Positions 24,198-38,700 of a stretch of 64,000 nucleotides of DNA are shown here, one piece after another. Both the position numbers and the translations under genes were made by a program. The notes beneath the pieces are model-generated. The model saw only the letters and a list, made by a program, of their open reading frames with translations. It ran no database searches and was not told the origin of the DNA. The stretch covers positions 5,927,102 through 5,991,101 of the forward strand of contig NW_002060944.1 of assembly GCF_000150275.1 (NCBI RefSeq), read 5' to 3'. This stretch comes from Trichoplax adhaerens. Lineage: Eukaryota; Animalia; Placozoa. How positions within the stretch are numbered: the first letter of the stretch is position 1; every line of letters starts with the position of its first letter.

Positions 24198-26371
24198 TAA
24201 TAGCTTAACTAATTAAGAGCCTTGCTAAAATATTTTTGATCAAACATACAGTATGCAATCCAACCCATCTCTCTGTTACTGAAAATCGTACACGTATATC
24301 TAATTCTTGAAAGGAAGGTATATAGGCGATCGCTATGCTTTTTTGTATACTGTAATATACCAAAGGTACAAGTATATCGAATGGGAAAGTGATTGTTTGT
24401 TAGCATAGTGTAGTAATTATTTACTAAGTTATAATACAGGACACGTTGTTGATGGAGAATATAGATTTAATAGTGCTTATGTTAGTGACTCTGGGGATTA
24501 AGGCATAAATTTCTAATTGGGAACTGTAAGGATTTTATCTGCGCATTGTAACGGATTCATTCGTATACAAGAAGTTAGTGTCGTTATGTCAATTTATATT
24601 TTGATTAATCCTTATTATTATGTATATTAGAACTGTTATGATATGATTCATGATTATAAGTGTATCAATGATAGTTGGATGTATTAACGATAAATATATT
24701 CTTTAAATTAAGGATTAATAAATATGGGATTGTTACCAAAACGATGATTTTCTAGGAATGATTAAATTTATTAAATAATTTTATGATACAGTGCTTTATT
24801 CCAGATATACTATGCTATATGGATATTGTAGATATCTGCTAGATTTTGTTACATAAATTTTGTACCAATAACAGGTACGTTATTTCGTTCCATACGAAGT
24901 TATTACACTATTTATGAATCTAAAAAGTTTGATCTCGATTCCAAGTAACCTTGTTGATGATCCTTGATCAAGTCGATATTATACGATTATGTTAACTATA
25001 GGATTTTATAGCCATGGAATTAAAAAATATCATAGTATTTACTGTTTTGTATTGTGACTTCTTATAATAAAATAACACTAAGGTTCTAAATTTAAACCAT
25101 ATCAGATAACTAGTAGAGTACTCAACTGATCTTGCTCGATATAGGAGCAACGATTAGCGATTAGCATCCTATATGATTCGAACAACTGTAATTCAACCAC
25201 TTAAGATTGAGCATTTAATTACTGTTATTGTGTCGCTGCAATGACTAGCAAGAAGCTGTAGGTAAAAAAAGGTAACACGGAAACATGTACTGTAAGCTAA
25301 CCAAAGTATTATGGACAATAAACATTTATTGTATTGCATTTAATTTATAATTGATACATGGTCAAAGTCTATCATTGAGTGATATATATCTCAGTGGGTA
25401 TCCTTGCATCTTCATAATATTTACATGAGGGTTATCTCACCTAGTGAGTCTATGACTTAATCAAAATATGGGTCGATATTTCAATATTTTAGATGTTGCT
25501 AGTTACTCTACGATTGTACTTCTCTGTTGATTTATTAATTTAGTGTCATCAATTATGAAAGAAATAGCATATTATCAAGCCAGAAAATTTCTTCCAAGAT
25601 TGTAACGGCAATTATCCTGCAGGTGATGGTATTGTATGATAGTAAAAACAATGGCATCACTTCCTAGAATGAACATTATATCGTCAATGAAGAAATATTC
25701 TAGCAATGAACAGAAGAGAAGGTTGCATTTTAATCCTACCAATCGTAGCTATCAAAAAAATTTTATGGAGTTAAAGTGCTGTATAGCTAAGGATTGTTAT
25801 CAAACCCTATTAGAGATAAAATAAAATAGTAATTTGATGCCTCTAGTTTAGTTTATATCTTACAGTAAGTACCGAAGATAGCTTATTAATATATATCTTA
25901 TTTATGTGATCATATCTACTCATACCAGCCTTATGAAGCAAATAAAAATTTAGAGATTAAAAATACTTTAATTAAGATTACGACTGTATAGAACAGTAGT
26001 TTTTGTACGATCCATTTTAGCCATGCTTAATCATGAGCCGATGATTTGGAGAACATGAATAGGTATATGTAGAAAAAAGGCATCGGATCTACACTTTCTA
26101 TCCAATAAAATAGAACTATGTGGAGGCGATAGATACTGTATTCCACGATAATTCAGTTATAAAATGCCATGAGTAAATAATTTACGTCATCAGTATGCGC
26201 CCATTTTATTAAGAAATGGGGGATACGAAAGGAACCCAATTTCAACATTATATCCAATCGGAAAGGATGCATTTACTATATTACAATAGTTAATATCTCA
26301 ATTCGATCAATTTTATAACTATAATATTCTAGAGTCAGTACAACGGGCTACACTCTAGCCGATTTACTGTT

Positions 26372-26508
26372 TCTAGGACGTATTATTTTAAAAATAAGGA
26401 CTTCTGCTCAGTGAAAAAAAGCTCTAGGGCTGCTTTCCAATACATCCTGATGCGTATCTCTAGGGCGCATTATTTTAAAATAAGGATTTCCGTTCAGTAA
26501 AGAAAAGT
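26372..26508. repeat. Short direct duplication, period 87 bp
   Basis: tctaggacgtattattttaaaaataaggacttctgctcagtgaaa (26372) versus tctagggcgcattattttaaaataaggatttccgttcagtaaa (26459). Confidence 0.75.
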
Positions 26509-27673
26509 AATCGAACTATATAATACATGCTATGCGGTATGTCTCAGCATAAATTATTGAGCATTGTCTCAGGCATCGAAAGTGGTTCATGGCTACATAC
26601 GCGTACACTTTCTATCTTTCTTCATGTGTATTCGTGCATTTCAAGCCTTAGAGCCGGGAAAAGGAATAATTACAGTATGTTAACTTTTTTATTCTACAGT
26701 ATCGCAATTGTACCACAGTTTCACTGCTGTATCCATAAGCGTTATAAAAAAAAATGAATTATTGCTTTAAATTCATGTAGATTCGAATTGTAAAACGCAA
26801 CAGCGACTTCATTGAAATTATGTTTATGCATTAACAAATTCTCCCTTGAATTGTATAGAATAGATCGATTTTAATAAAATATTATTTTCGCGTAGTCTAG
26901 ACTGTGTAATCTTCTATTGGTCAAAAAATTATTATTTGACAAACGGTAGAGAAGATAGTTTTCTGTAGGTACAGTAGACTCTTAATAAGCATAAAATGGG
27001 TATATTTATAATTTATGAAATTATTCTAAATTAACCTTTACTGCCTACTAATATACTGTACAATATGATGAAGTAGACAATAATAGACCATTCTATTGGT
27101 TGGTGATTGTACTTTAGTAGTTGGAAACGATGACAACTATGGTTCAATATCAGTTGTATTTTCATTTGTAGCGTATTCAGGTAGTAGAAATAGTCTAGAA
27201 TCAGAGTTCCACTATCCTTATTGATATAGAGTGAACAAGTCAGTTTCTCCCTTAAGAAGGTCTCTCTTATTTAAGTGATTTGTTTAGACTGACCAACAGC
27301 GTTAATAAGAGCTGTAGAGGCTTGTATCCAAGGATACAAGATGATGCAGCAATGTAACCCTCAAGTTGTAGCTTAATTGGGGAGAAAAATTAACATTACT
27401 AGCGGATTCGACTAGACTGATTGATACAGTATACAGTATATGTCGGTACGGCTAGTGTAGTATTTTATATGGAGTAATCCTACCGTACAAGAAAGGTAAA
27501 TACTAGCAAGATTCACTTTTAAAAGTTTAATGATCGTCCGTTTGTACAGTATAAGCCTTTTACTCACACTGCAGGCAATCTATAGAACAATCTCGATGAT
27601 TGTATAAAGAAGATACAGTATCAAGTTGTTACAGCTTATACTCCGTTAGCATGGATCGATGGAAAGGAGTCAA

Positions 27674-28091
27674 GAAGAAGCTATCAAGCTACGGCAGGTC
27701 TACCGTTTACTATGGATTACTCATCTCTTTCAAGTAGTCCAAAAGCATAGAATAGAAAGACAGTAATGCCAATAACGTACAATAAAGTTATTAAAATGCA
27801 TGAAAAATCGTTGAAGAAGACATCAAGCTGCGGCAACTCTACCGTTTACTATAGATTACTCATCTCTTTCAAGTAGTCCTAAAGCATAGAATAGAACGAC
27901 AGTAATGCCAATAACGTACAATAAAGTCATTAAAATGTATGAAAAATCGTTGAAGAAGACATCAAGCTACGGCAACTCTACCGTTTACTGTACTATGGAT
28001 TATTCATCTCTTTCAAGTAGTCCTAAAGCATAGAATAGAAGGACAGTAATGCCAAGAACGTACAATAAAGCCATTAAAATGTATGAAAAAT
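27674..28091. repeat. Tandem repeat, 3 copies of about 139 bp
   Basis: gaagaag..atcaagct.cggca..tctaccgtttactat.gatta.tcatctctttcaagtagtcc...tgaaaaat starts at 27674, 27813 and 27952. Confidence 0.95.
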
Positions 28092-29730
28092 AGTTTATCG
28101 TTTTTAGTTAGCAGTTGTTGTTGAAATTTATTGGTGTACTATCAGGAGAGGACGTACTTACGCTATCAATGAATATGTCATGTATTGTTCGTTAATGCAT
28201 TTTCTCTTGGATTACTTGCTTCTTCCTACATAAGATTACAATCAAAGAAGAGATAATAACATCATTAAATATGCAAAATCGTCCATGTTTTCATTTGAAA
28301 TTCAGTAGTACATCGATGGTCGGTGTTATTCTACTCGATAGTAGCGTGAACTATGTGTAGTTTGGACATTATTCCTGTGTCCATCGAATAGACTATCGCC
28401 ATTGTTTACAATTTACACTCCAAAGAGGTGGGATTTACGATTCTTCTTCTTGTTATTATTTATTATGATTATCTATTTTTATTTTGAATATTTTGAATAA
28501 TCATTTTGGGGTTATTGATTATGCGTCACGCTGTAGTACTGTCTTGTTGGTGAGGTTGTATCAAGTTTATGTCGCTGTTTCAACTGTAGTATTATGCACG
28601 ACGATGTCTAGTATGAGTGAAGAGACCAATTGGGTCGGTTATCCATCTCTCTCTCTCCACTTTAGCGTCAAATACAGTACATTAGTGTACATTATTTTTA
28701 GAGACACTTATTGAAAGATCTCCAAGGGTCTCTTTACCTTGGACTGTCCACTATTCAAGTGTGTATTGTCGGACTTTAAAAAGAAATTTCAAGGGGTTAT
28801 TGTATCATTGACATCGATACCTATACAGATAGGAAACGATTGACTATAAATTGTATACAGATGGTTGGATAGTTTCAGTAGCTATTCTAGACATGATCCA
28901 CTTTATTTTCCAGGATAGAGGATAAAAGAAAATATCATGCATCAATTAAAGATTGTTGTATCATTGAAAGAAGTGAAATGACAAGGGGAGGGTTGACCAT
29001 CAGTAATGTGATGCGGATACCGACGTGAGTAATTACAACTAATTAATGACGCGTTGCATATGAATTAGTATCGGCTGTAGGATGATTTTTCTGTACTTTC
29101 ACTCGTCATTGTACCGTCAATAAATCCAATTTATCATTGTCTAGCGTTGACCATAGCGGGTCATTTAACGTCAGTACGCTGGTAGTGCGGAGAGATTATG
29201 TTCGACTGAAATCAATGAATTAAAAATTAGCTGGCTTTGGACCATTTAGAAAAAAAAAAATTGTTTCTTCCCCTTGGAATTTTTTCTTTTTTTGGATAGG
29301 CTAGTACAAATTATTGAATGTTAAGAGAAGAAAAGTGATTGCTATTTCTTGCTCTAGTACTGTCCTATTTCCAACTATTCATGGTAGGTCTTGATTACAC
29401 CTATCAAAATACTACCGTCATTGAGCTGCTACATAAATAGTAATTACAGAGAAAAAGTGTTACACCATTCAAGAGTTGGAAGGCTTGGAGAAACACATTG
29501 ATCATCCACGATAGCTGTGTCGATGAAGTCATTTGCATCAAATTGATACACTTGTTGTTTATCATCGAGAATAAGAGAGTACAGCATCCAAGTGATTATC
29601 CATAACAGTTTTGGGTACGATATCGCGACATTGAAAGCAAGGCAATCAGGTGCAGTTGACAGGGGGAAAAAAAAAAACCAAGCGACAAAGAATCCAAAAA
29701 AAATAAAAGCTCATAACAACATTGAACGAC

Positions 29731-32700
29731 ATGAGTGATTGCAGTGGACTTCAAACTGAAAATGATACAATCCATAACCGTTGTAGTGAAAACATGCAAG
29801 AAGAGCAAGATCATGTTGAAAGATGGCTCAATTTAAATCCTCAATTTTTTGAAGACTATTTTATGAGATGTGCTAGCCCTGAATTAGTTGACAGGTGGTT
29901 AGCCAAACGTACTAAAAGAGTCCAGTTAGAAGATAAAAGAGAAGACAGTCATCAATCCAACGCTGATACGACATCCATTGGTGATGACGACGACGAGAAT
30001 GACGATCATGACGTTGACACCAACAACAGCGACAGCAGCAGTGATGATGATAATCAAGATAACGTTGACAATGATACAATTTCAAGTCGTGTCGATTGCA
30101 ACTGGCAAAAATTTGTACGCTATCAACGACAAAAATTTCGTTCACAAGAATCATTTCCTACACGAGATGATTCAATAGTAACATCACCTAGTCCAAGGAA
30201 GCAATATTTGAGAAAATCCAAAAGTTTCACTACTTATGATGGCAACTTACCAAGTACAGCCAGAGCAGAATTATTGCAATCAGTCTTAAAGTCCAAGGTC
30301 ACCTTACCCCGCCATGATAACGATAATGGCGAATGGAAGTCACACTTGAATAACCAAAATCAACAAGAGATTTTCTTAGCTTTAGTCGGTGATATATCCA
30401 ACGAGTTAGATCTAGATCGACTATGTAGGAAAATATCATTCAATGTTTGGATGCTAACCAAAGTTGAGCGTTGCTTACTCTATTTAATCGAAGGTACAGA
30501 CAAGTCGAAAGAATTAACTTGTAAATCTCTTTACATCGACCGACAAAATTTAACTGCCACTAGTCTAGTAGCATCCAGTCCTGATCTGCAATTAGATAGA
30601 CCCTGGTCTCAAGGTATCGTTGGTTTAGTAAGCCAAATCGGAGAGGTAGTTAAAATTGATGATGCCACAAAGGTAAGCCGCTTATTTTTTAATAATATGC
30701 TTATAGTACAACACATCTTTTACTTTCAAAGATTGACAGACTCACAGAGCGAGAGAGTCAAAGAAAAAAATAATCAATTTCTGTGCTTTACATGATGATG
30801 ATATTACGAGGCAACATGTACTATGGACATATTTTAGACATAGTTATGATTGCTATAGTATGTATCTACACTTGTACAGTATGTCGGTGAGTTTGTAACC
30901 AGTGAACAATGCTTGTTATTTTTTTTCTCATAATAGCATAGACAGTCTGGCATTCTACTTATATATGAATTATATGTTACTGTACGCTTTAAAAGTCGAA
31001 TAGATTATCAATCTGTCTGACATTACCAATGGTATCGATATACTCTACAACGTTCCATCTCATCGCTGAGTTAACATGATAATCAAATCTATCTTCTTCA
31101 TCAAAATTGATTATCAAATAAAAAATAATACTTCCAATTTTCTCCAATTCTAAAACGTGTTATGCCATGTAATCAATTCTTTGCAATAAAATTGATTAGA
31201 TGTGATCTCGGTTAAAGCCGTTGAGGCAATCTTGATAATTTTAAGTCTGAAGTTTTTTTACAATCTTGATTAATAATAAGTATGTATGATATATAAAAAT
31301 TATTATTGCTTTTATTTGATAAAAAAATGAAACTTCTTGTCGGTGAAGATAAAAGTCGAAATAGTTCAAAATTTCATCTGAAAATTTCCTTAGTCAATTA
31401 AAATGACGATAGTAACAATTTTTAACATTAAAAAACATCATGCAGAAAATTCGTCTAACTTGAAATACGAAAAGCTAAATTAAACCCAGCTGGTGTTTGA
31501 TTGTTTTTAATCAAGTGTTATTGTACTTTCAATACTATTGTTTGTAATTAGGATTCTCGATGTCGAAAGGAAGAAATGTATTTGATCGGTTGCAAGATTG
31601 ATAATTTACTATGTATGCCGATTAAGGATAGCCAAGGCAATGTAAGTCAACTCTTATCTGACGTTTCATCCTGTTAGCTAACGGAAATTTAATAACTGCA
31701 ATTTCTTTTGAATAAATTTTTTCATTTTGAAATCTTTCTTTTTACATCCAATGATATTTAGTTTCTATAGGATTAACTAACATTTTTTTTTTAATTGAAA
31801 TAATCAGTAATAATATTGACAAAATTAAGTTTCTATCAACTTAGGTTGATTTTCTAGACAATATTAGCTGTCTGATTTGTTCTCAAGATACAGTTTCAAT
31901 CTTTTCTGTATCGCGTTCCTCATTGATACGAGTATGATCGTCACAATATTATCATTTAAATCTGAATCTATTAAGTTGACATAGAATAATTACAGACTAA
32001 TATTAAATTTAAGATTGGCTCGTAATGCCTAAGAATCCAATTCTTATTTATTCCCAACAATAACATTCCTGAATAATATGAGTCTTGAAATCCTTAAAAT
32101 TTACTATCAAGATTTTTTATGATCGGATACAATATCTTTTATGCAAAATAATTGCCACCAATAAATTCAATCCAATAAATTTTACTGGCTGTTTGACGTA
32201 CTACACTTACTTTTTTAAACACTCTTTTCCACTCAATTATAGCTTATTAGTTAATAATATGTACCCATTAACTTAACTAGTTTTTATAACAATGCTTATT
32301 TGACTCGTTTAATGAAGTAGGCAAAGCTAACGACGATTTCATCGCAGCCTTTACATATGATAGTGATATTAGAATCAGCGATACCAAGGTTGAATATTTA
32401 AATAGTCAAATTTAGTAATAATATCTTGACATTGACTGCATCGTGACGCTTATTCCCTGCTAATATATTATCTATTATCTCTATATGGTACTTTCTTTCA
32501 ATTTCTGATTTTTTTAGTTCAACAATAGCATACCTGATCTATTAGATTAAAATAAAACATATGACAATAACACTATTGTAGTCTACAATTTGTAGACTAG
32601 TGAGGGTAAAATTTAAAGGAAATATTATCACCTTCATTCATTGATAGTAACTCAACTAAATAAACGATTATAAATCTTAAATAATGCTATAAAATATTGT

Positions 32701-35700
32701 CCGTAGTAAAAAATTATTTTTAATATCTAAAGACTGGATTAGACAGTGTTTTTCTTTCCTAGCTTTATTCTATTCAGTAGACCATAGTATATATTGTTGA
32801 TTAATCCATCATTGACAGAGTAAAGGAATCATTGATAATCATCAATAAATCGAATGTATTGCGTGGAAAGGAATCAATGGAATATTATTTATTTCTATTT
32901 TGCTATAGCTACAGAGAAGTATTATAGCGAATTTCCCTCCGTATTCTAAAAAAGTATAATGTAATTAAGATTTCTATTATTCTGCCCGATGGCTATGTAA
33001 ATATACGCTATTTAAAAGACTGAAAACATTTCCTTGTGTATAAATTTTTGATTTACAACTATTCCAAACTTACCGTAATAGCTAATAATAAAGGGACGAA
33101 CTGTATAAATCAGATTGGGGACCTTTGGTTTAATTTCAGTCTCTTTTAAGCTTGAGATAATCATTGTTGATAATCATAATAAGATCAAATTGAACTATCC
33201 CACTTTCCTTGTTAATCAATTCTTTTCCTTAAATATCATCTATCATTTATTATTTGTATGAGTATCGAGCCATTCTAGATTAAATCAGACGATCAAAAAA
33301 AAATAATATATTGCAAGTATCAGGATAATTAATACCTTCTATTTTCCTAATTTTGGGAAAAAATATCATCAATAGGTGATTGGAGTTGTACAGGCTATCA
33401 ATAAGAAATCAGATGGCGTCGGATTTAGTGATGAAGATGTCAAGGTATTTTAGCCATTGATTTAATAAATTATTTTATTATTACTTTAACTTTAAGGGTT
33501 TTAAAATAAAAAAAATAATATTTAAAATAATTCTGTATTGGAATAACTGTCCATGACAATCTACGCTTGTGAAATATTTAAATATTACGATAACGTAAAT
33601 ATACGGTATTTAATTTCTCCACGATAAAACAAATACCGTTTAACAATATCAAATCAATTTTTTTATCTATACAATAATAATTGTAAACCAATTATCTAGA
33701 TTCTAAGCTGAGGATAGTAGAGACAGTATTTAAGTAATATGATAAAAATCAGTTTATATTTCGGTAGATTACATTTGGTACTCTTCCCTCCTTTAAAATG
33801 AAATTAACATGATGAAAATGAGATATTAATAACTGCTAGTAGTAACGAAAAACCCTCTTTACTTTATAGTAGGTAGTATTGTACGTAACAATAAGTCATT
33901 GGAGACGATACAACCACGAAGTAGATATTATCTATTCCAATAAAATAGACTTGGAGTAAAGCTATTATTCTATGATAAACAACAAAATAGCTGTTTCGTT
34001 TCGATATTATTACATTATTTATTTCTATTTTACCATTTCTACCGACATCCGATGTCATTTTTCATCCTTACATATTAACTGCATTGTTAATATACATGAC
34101 CTGTAAATAGATGGACCTTTCTTAGTTTTTACTGTATATCAGATCAAGATTATTGTTTTATTGTACGGTAGTGATCTAGCTACAAATACTATTAGAAATG
34201 AGGCTATTTATTTTTATCATAGACTTTATGACTTGACTGAATAATAAGTACTAGTATAAAATTAATTAGTTTTTGCCATTCGCTATCGATATCGATGTTA
34301 TTAATCAGACTTAAAGAGGTACCTTATGATAATAAATCCTGAAAGTAAAAGTACTTGGCAGCTTAAAAGCACGTAATTCTTAATTTGCGAGTTATTTATA
34401 TATCCTTATCTGGCCATTAAATCACAGTTACAGTCATGTAACTGCCATCGTAACACAAACAACACCCTAAGGTTCTAAGTATTAAATTAAGTTAAATATT
34501 CGAAAGAGAAAGTTGATTAGTAGTAACATGGTTTTAAAGTTTGTATGATACAAATTATAAGTTCGTATTTGTGTACCGTAAGTTAAAATAGGCAATCTAT
34601 TGGAATCAGGGATATAGAAAATGATCGTATAAATGATACCTTGTATCCAATCGCCTCTAAGGAAGCTAGTAATAAAAAATTGATATATCATGATAGGTGA
34701 ACAACAGTTCGTACGTAAATTACCTTTATCCATTACTGACAAATAGCGAATGTTAAAAATAACCTGTACTTGGTCTACTATAAAGTTTAGTACTTTAAAA
34801 TTTACCAACGGGACATATCGTAGGCAGGATTATGATCTAACTACTCTTAAATTATAGTAGGTATCACTCTCATTCATTGGATCATGTCTATTTTTTATTT
34901 CACTAATAATTAATAGTATCGATAGTCAATAAAAATGAAATTAACGGCAATTTTGGCTCATTTAGTAAATTATCGGCACTAGTCATTAGGTATTGACTCG
35001 TTTAGTAGTTCATTCCTGGATAATATTATATTAGCAAAGTAAACCAGGCATCGCCATATCTATTTATAGTGAACGATAGTCCAATTCTTTTATTCTTCAC
35101 AATATTATACCACCCACATGAATGTCGGTAGTCATACAAAATAGGTATAGTACCTTAAAAGGTCTAAATATTTTATGAATCAACCGTAAATTGAAGTTCT
35201 CGTCAAAGTGTATCAGACTAAAGTGTAACCTGGTCATGGATAACTATTTAAGACTGAAAATTAGTAATGATACTCGATATAATATACTATAATAAAAAAA
35301 TTGGACCCCCTAAGTCTAATTGTTATCTATTTCAAACGAGCCGAAAGATCTAGTAAATAATTGAACGCATTCGTTTATAAATTACAGTTTTAAACATAGT
35401 GCCTTCGATTGTAGGTCAAATTTTATCCTAATAAATGATATCATTCACATAATGACACTAGCTTATGTAAGCGCCGTAGTAAAATTAAGTCTTGTCGACT
35501 ATAAGACTTAAGTTGATTTCGTGCCTGTGTATGGCATATAAAATAATCTATTATTATATATTTATATGGACATTTAAAGTGATAAAGTTCAAGTAATCTT
35601 GTAGCTAAGGTTGTCATCGTCTTGAATACTTGATTTGAATGTATTATTGTATCACTGATTTTATGTTTAACTCGTGAATGGAATGGTAATGTTTATTTAT

Positions 35701-38700
35701 CCTTTAATAAGGTTATGGAAACGTATTTAACATTTTGTGGAATCAGTATCACTAACGCGAAATTATGGCGGATGATTAAGAAAGAATCGGAACGTAATAA
35801 AGTAAGTTCAAAGTAGTTTACTGTTAAGATATAGATATGAAATTGTCTCTTCCGATGCCCGATAAGAGGCCGATAACGAACTAATTAAGTAAGCAATTGA
35901 CCAGCGTATGTCGGCTAGTAAATAGAGAATCTATTGTATTAAACGTAATTTATTGATAAATTACTAGTTTTATTGCTATATCTTCGACTCCAGCGACATC
36001 ATATTCTTGGAAAAATATATTGATATCGGTAATATTTCACGGTAAAATCAAATAAAACCCCATATTAATTGGAAAGCACTTTGTACTATAATTTATATGG
36101 TATCAGTATTAAATTGTTTGCCATGGTAATTCATTTGTTAGATTTTTGAGTTATTCATAAAGTTTACTTAGATTGAATTAATGATTCATTTTAATATTGT
36201 AATTGACCACACTGGCTATAATTATATCGTATATCTGAATGTAAATTTTTTTGATAAAGACATAAGATATTGGAATTACCGTATTCCTAAAATTCTCTAG
36301 TTACATAAATATAGTGTTTGTTTTAGTTATACGTAATATATGTACTTACTCATGTGTAGACTGATACAATGTATAAGTTTTTACCTATACTAGAGATCAC
36401 TGAGAGAAGACTAGTAAAATATCGCTCATTTTATTGGCACTTCCTAAGCAGAATGCTACACTAATGAAATTAGCAGTACAATTAACCTCATATACACGTA
36501 CACTAATGTATATATATATATATGTTACGGCCAATGTCGGTAACACATATATATATATGATATACATGATTTGCAAGAGTCTATATCGATACATAGGATA
36601 ACGCTATTTTTTGTCTTCTTATATCATCATTATATCACCAACGATACACCAATATCAAGTCAATGTTAAGCTATAAACGATCACTTTCTGGTTTAAGTAA
36701 TAGCATATTTCATTATCCTTTACGCATGTCAGTACACTTTGTTAAAGTCACAGATAAAATTTTTAATTTTAAATACTTTTACAATATTTTTTATCTTTAT
36801 GATAGAATTATTCGATTAGTAAATTAATTATTGGCTAATGTTACCTGATTTACTTTACAGACATTACTGGAATTGACTCATGCGCTATTTGAAGAGCAAA
36901 CTTCACCAGATAGATGTATTGATAGTATTATGGAGCGCTCTCAGATGCTATTGAAGTGTCAAAAATGCTGTGTTCTACTTGTGGACAATATTGCAACCGA
37001 AGTAAGAAACTAAAGCAATTGTTATAATTTATGGATACTAAAGTAAATGATTAAAATATCCATTAAAGATGTTGTTTTCGATATAATACTACTATTTCGG
37101 TATCTTTTATTGATAAAAACATGAACGTTTATGCTTAATGAAGTTTTCGTTCGTTAAAGCCATCTTGTAATATTTCTAAAAAGTAGTCATTGTGCTTGTA
37201 TGTGTTTTTATTGTTACGTAAGTACTATATGCCTATTTTATCGTTTATAACCCTTATCAAGGTATGCGTGTAGATACATGTATTATAAACAAACTACTGT
37301 CTTCGTTGATATCATTAGGATCTACGATTCAGCAAAGTTTTTGAATTACGTGGGGATACCGGTGAAAAGCAAGTATTAAATTAGTAAGTATCAATTACGG
37401 GTGAGATAGTAATTAAATAGGCTTGCTAATGAAATTAAAAATAATTCAATTATAATAGATACTAGAGAAACAGTTTTACCCTTTGTTGGTTCGTTGATAA
37501 TATAATAGATTACTTCAAAAGGTTGTTTAAAATGATGATAAAATAGCTTTATGATAACAGTCTCTATACTTAGCGAAATTGATTGCATAAAAATTAACCA
37601 GATACATAATATATTATACATATATGAATATAATTAGGTTGTACATTATGCATTTTCTTGTACTTTAATTTGAAATTTTATTTGCTATATGATGCAGTAA
37701 TTCTTATTTATTGTAATCACAGTTACTGAGGTGTATTTAACTTAAAAAGCGTCTAACGATTTGTAAACAGTTTGCTACTATTTGTTTTAACGCTACGAAA
37801 ATAGTACCGATAAAATCGGCGGACGTATTAGTGAAATCAAAGATGAAATTGCTTCGTATGTTATCACGAATGGAGAGGTAAGAGATATTCTTGATAGTGG
37901 CACTGCAAAATTAATATTACATTCACTATGCTAGTCGATACGATTTACTAACTAGAGTATCGGTCGTTCTGAACTTTGCCTAGATGCATACTTTTAATAA
38001 CGATATTCGTTAGCTTTACTACTATTGGACTTCCATTAATGAAATAATAATGAAATCATTCACAATAAATCCTACATTCGCTAATACCGTAGTTATCGCC
38101 AGTTGTCATTGCTATGTAGCATATTATGAGCACCTAATCTTATTAATCGTTAAATCTGACAGTCCTTAAATATATCAAATTTTTCTGAAAATCATGAATT
38201 CAACGAAAAATCGGTTAGTAGATTTTCTTTCACCTGAAGTTTTTACAGGATACGCACCATCACCAATTATCCATGTTAAAAGACATTGTTAAAGGAGTTT
38301 TACTTACATTCACACATATCAACTTTATTTTTAACGGTGCGTCTAACTAAATCTAGTTTTATTGTAAGCCGGATTTTGAAGTATATTCCCTCTTAGCTAT
38401 GCCCATTCGTGATAATAATTTGCGAATAATAGGTAAAGTTGAGATAATACTTTGTTTCCGTACTGAAAATTTTTTAAATTGCAGTCAAAATTTGTGCTAA
38501 TTGTATGTACATTTTAAACAGGTGTAGCTGCATTAATTAACAAAATGGATGGAAAGAACTTTGATAAAGACGATGAAACCGCTTTTGAGGTTTAACTGTT
38601 TATGATTTCTAGTTTTAGGAGTATCTTTCTAAAGTTATAAAATTTTACTTTGGTAGGCTTTTGTGATATTCTGTGGTCTTGGAATAGTTAATACAATGAT

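Noticed and set aside
27555-27570. GCCTTTTAC matching U5 snRNA loop 1
   Set aside because: The flanks do not form the U5 stem and no Sm site is evident.
24198-29700. Short ORFs (24209, 25636, 26527, 28484) between the nucleoside hydrolase and PDE genes
   Set aside because: No recognisable motifs or consistent exon chain; most likely PDE upstream regulatory or intergenic DNA.
32579-32599. Perfect 10-bp inverted repeat tagtctacaa-t-ttgtagacta in a PDE intron
   Set aside because: Short and isolated; plausible by chance in AT-rich DNA.
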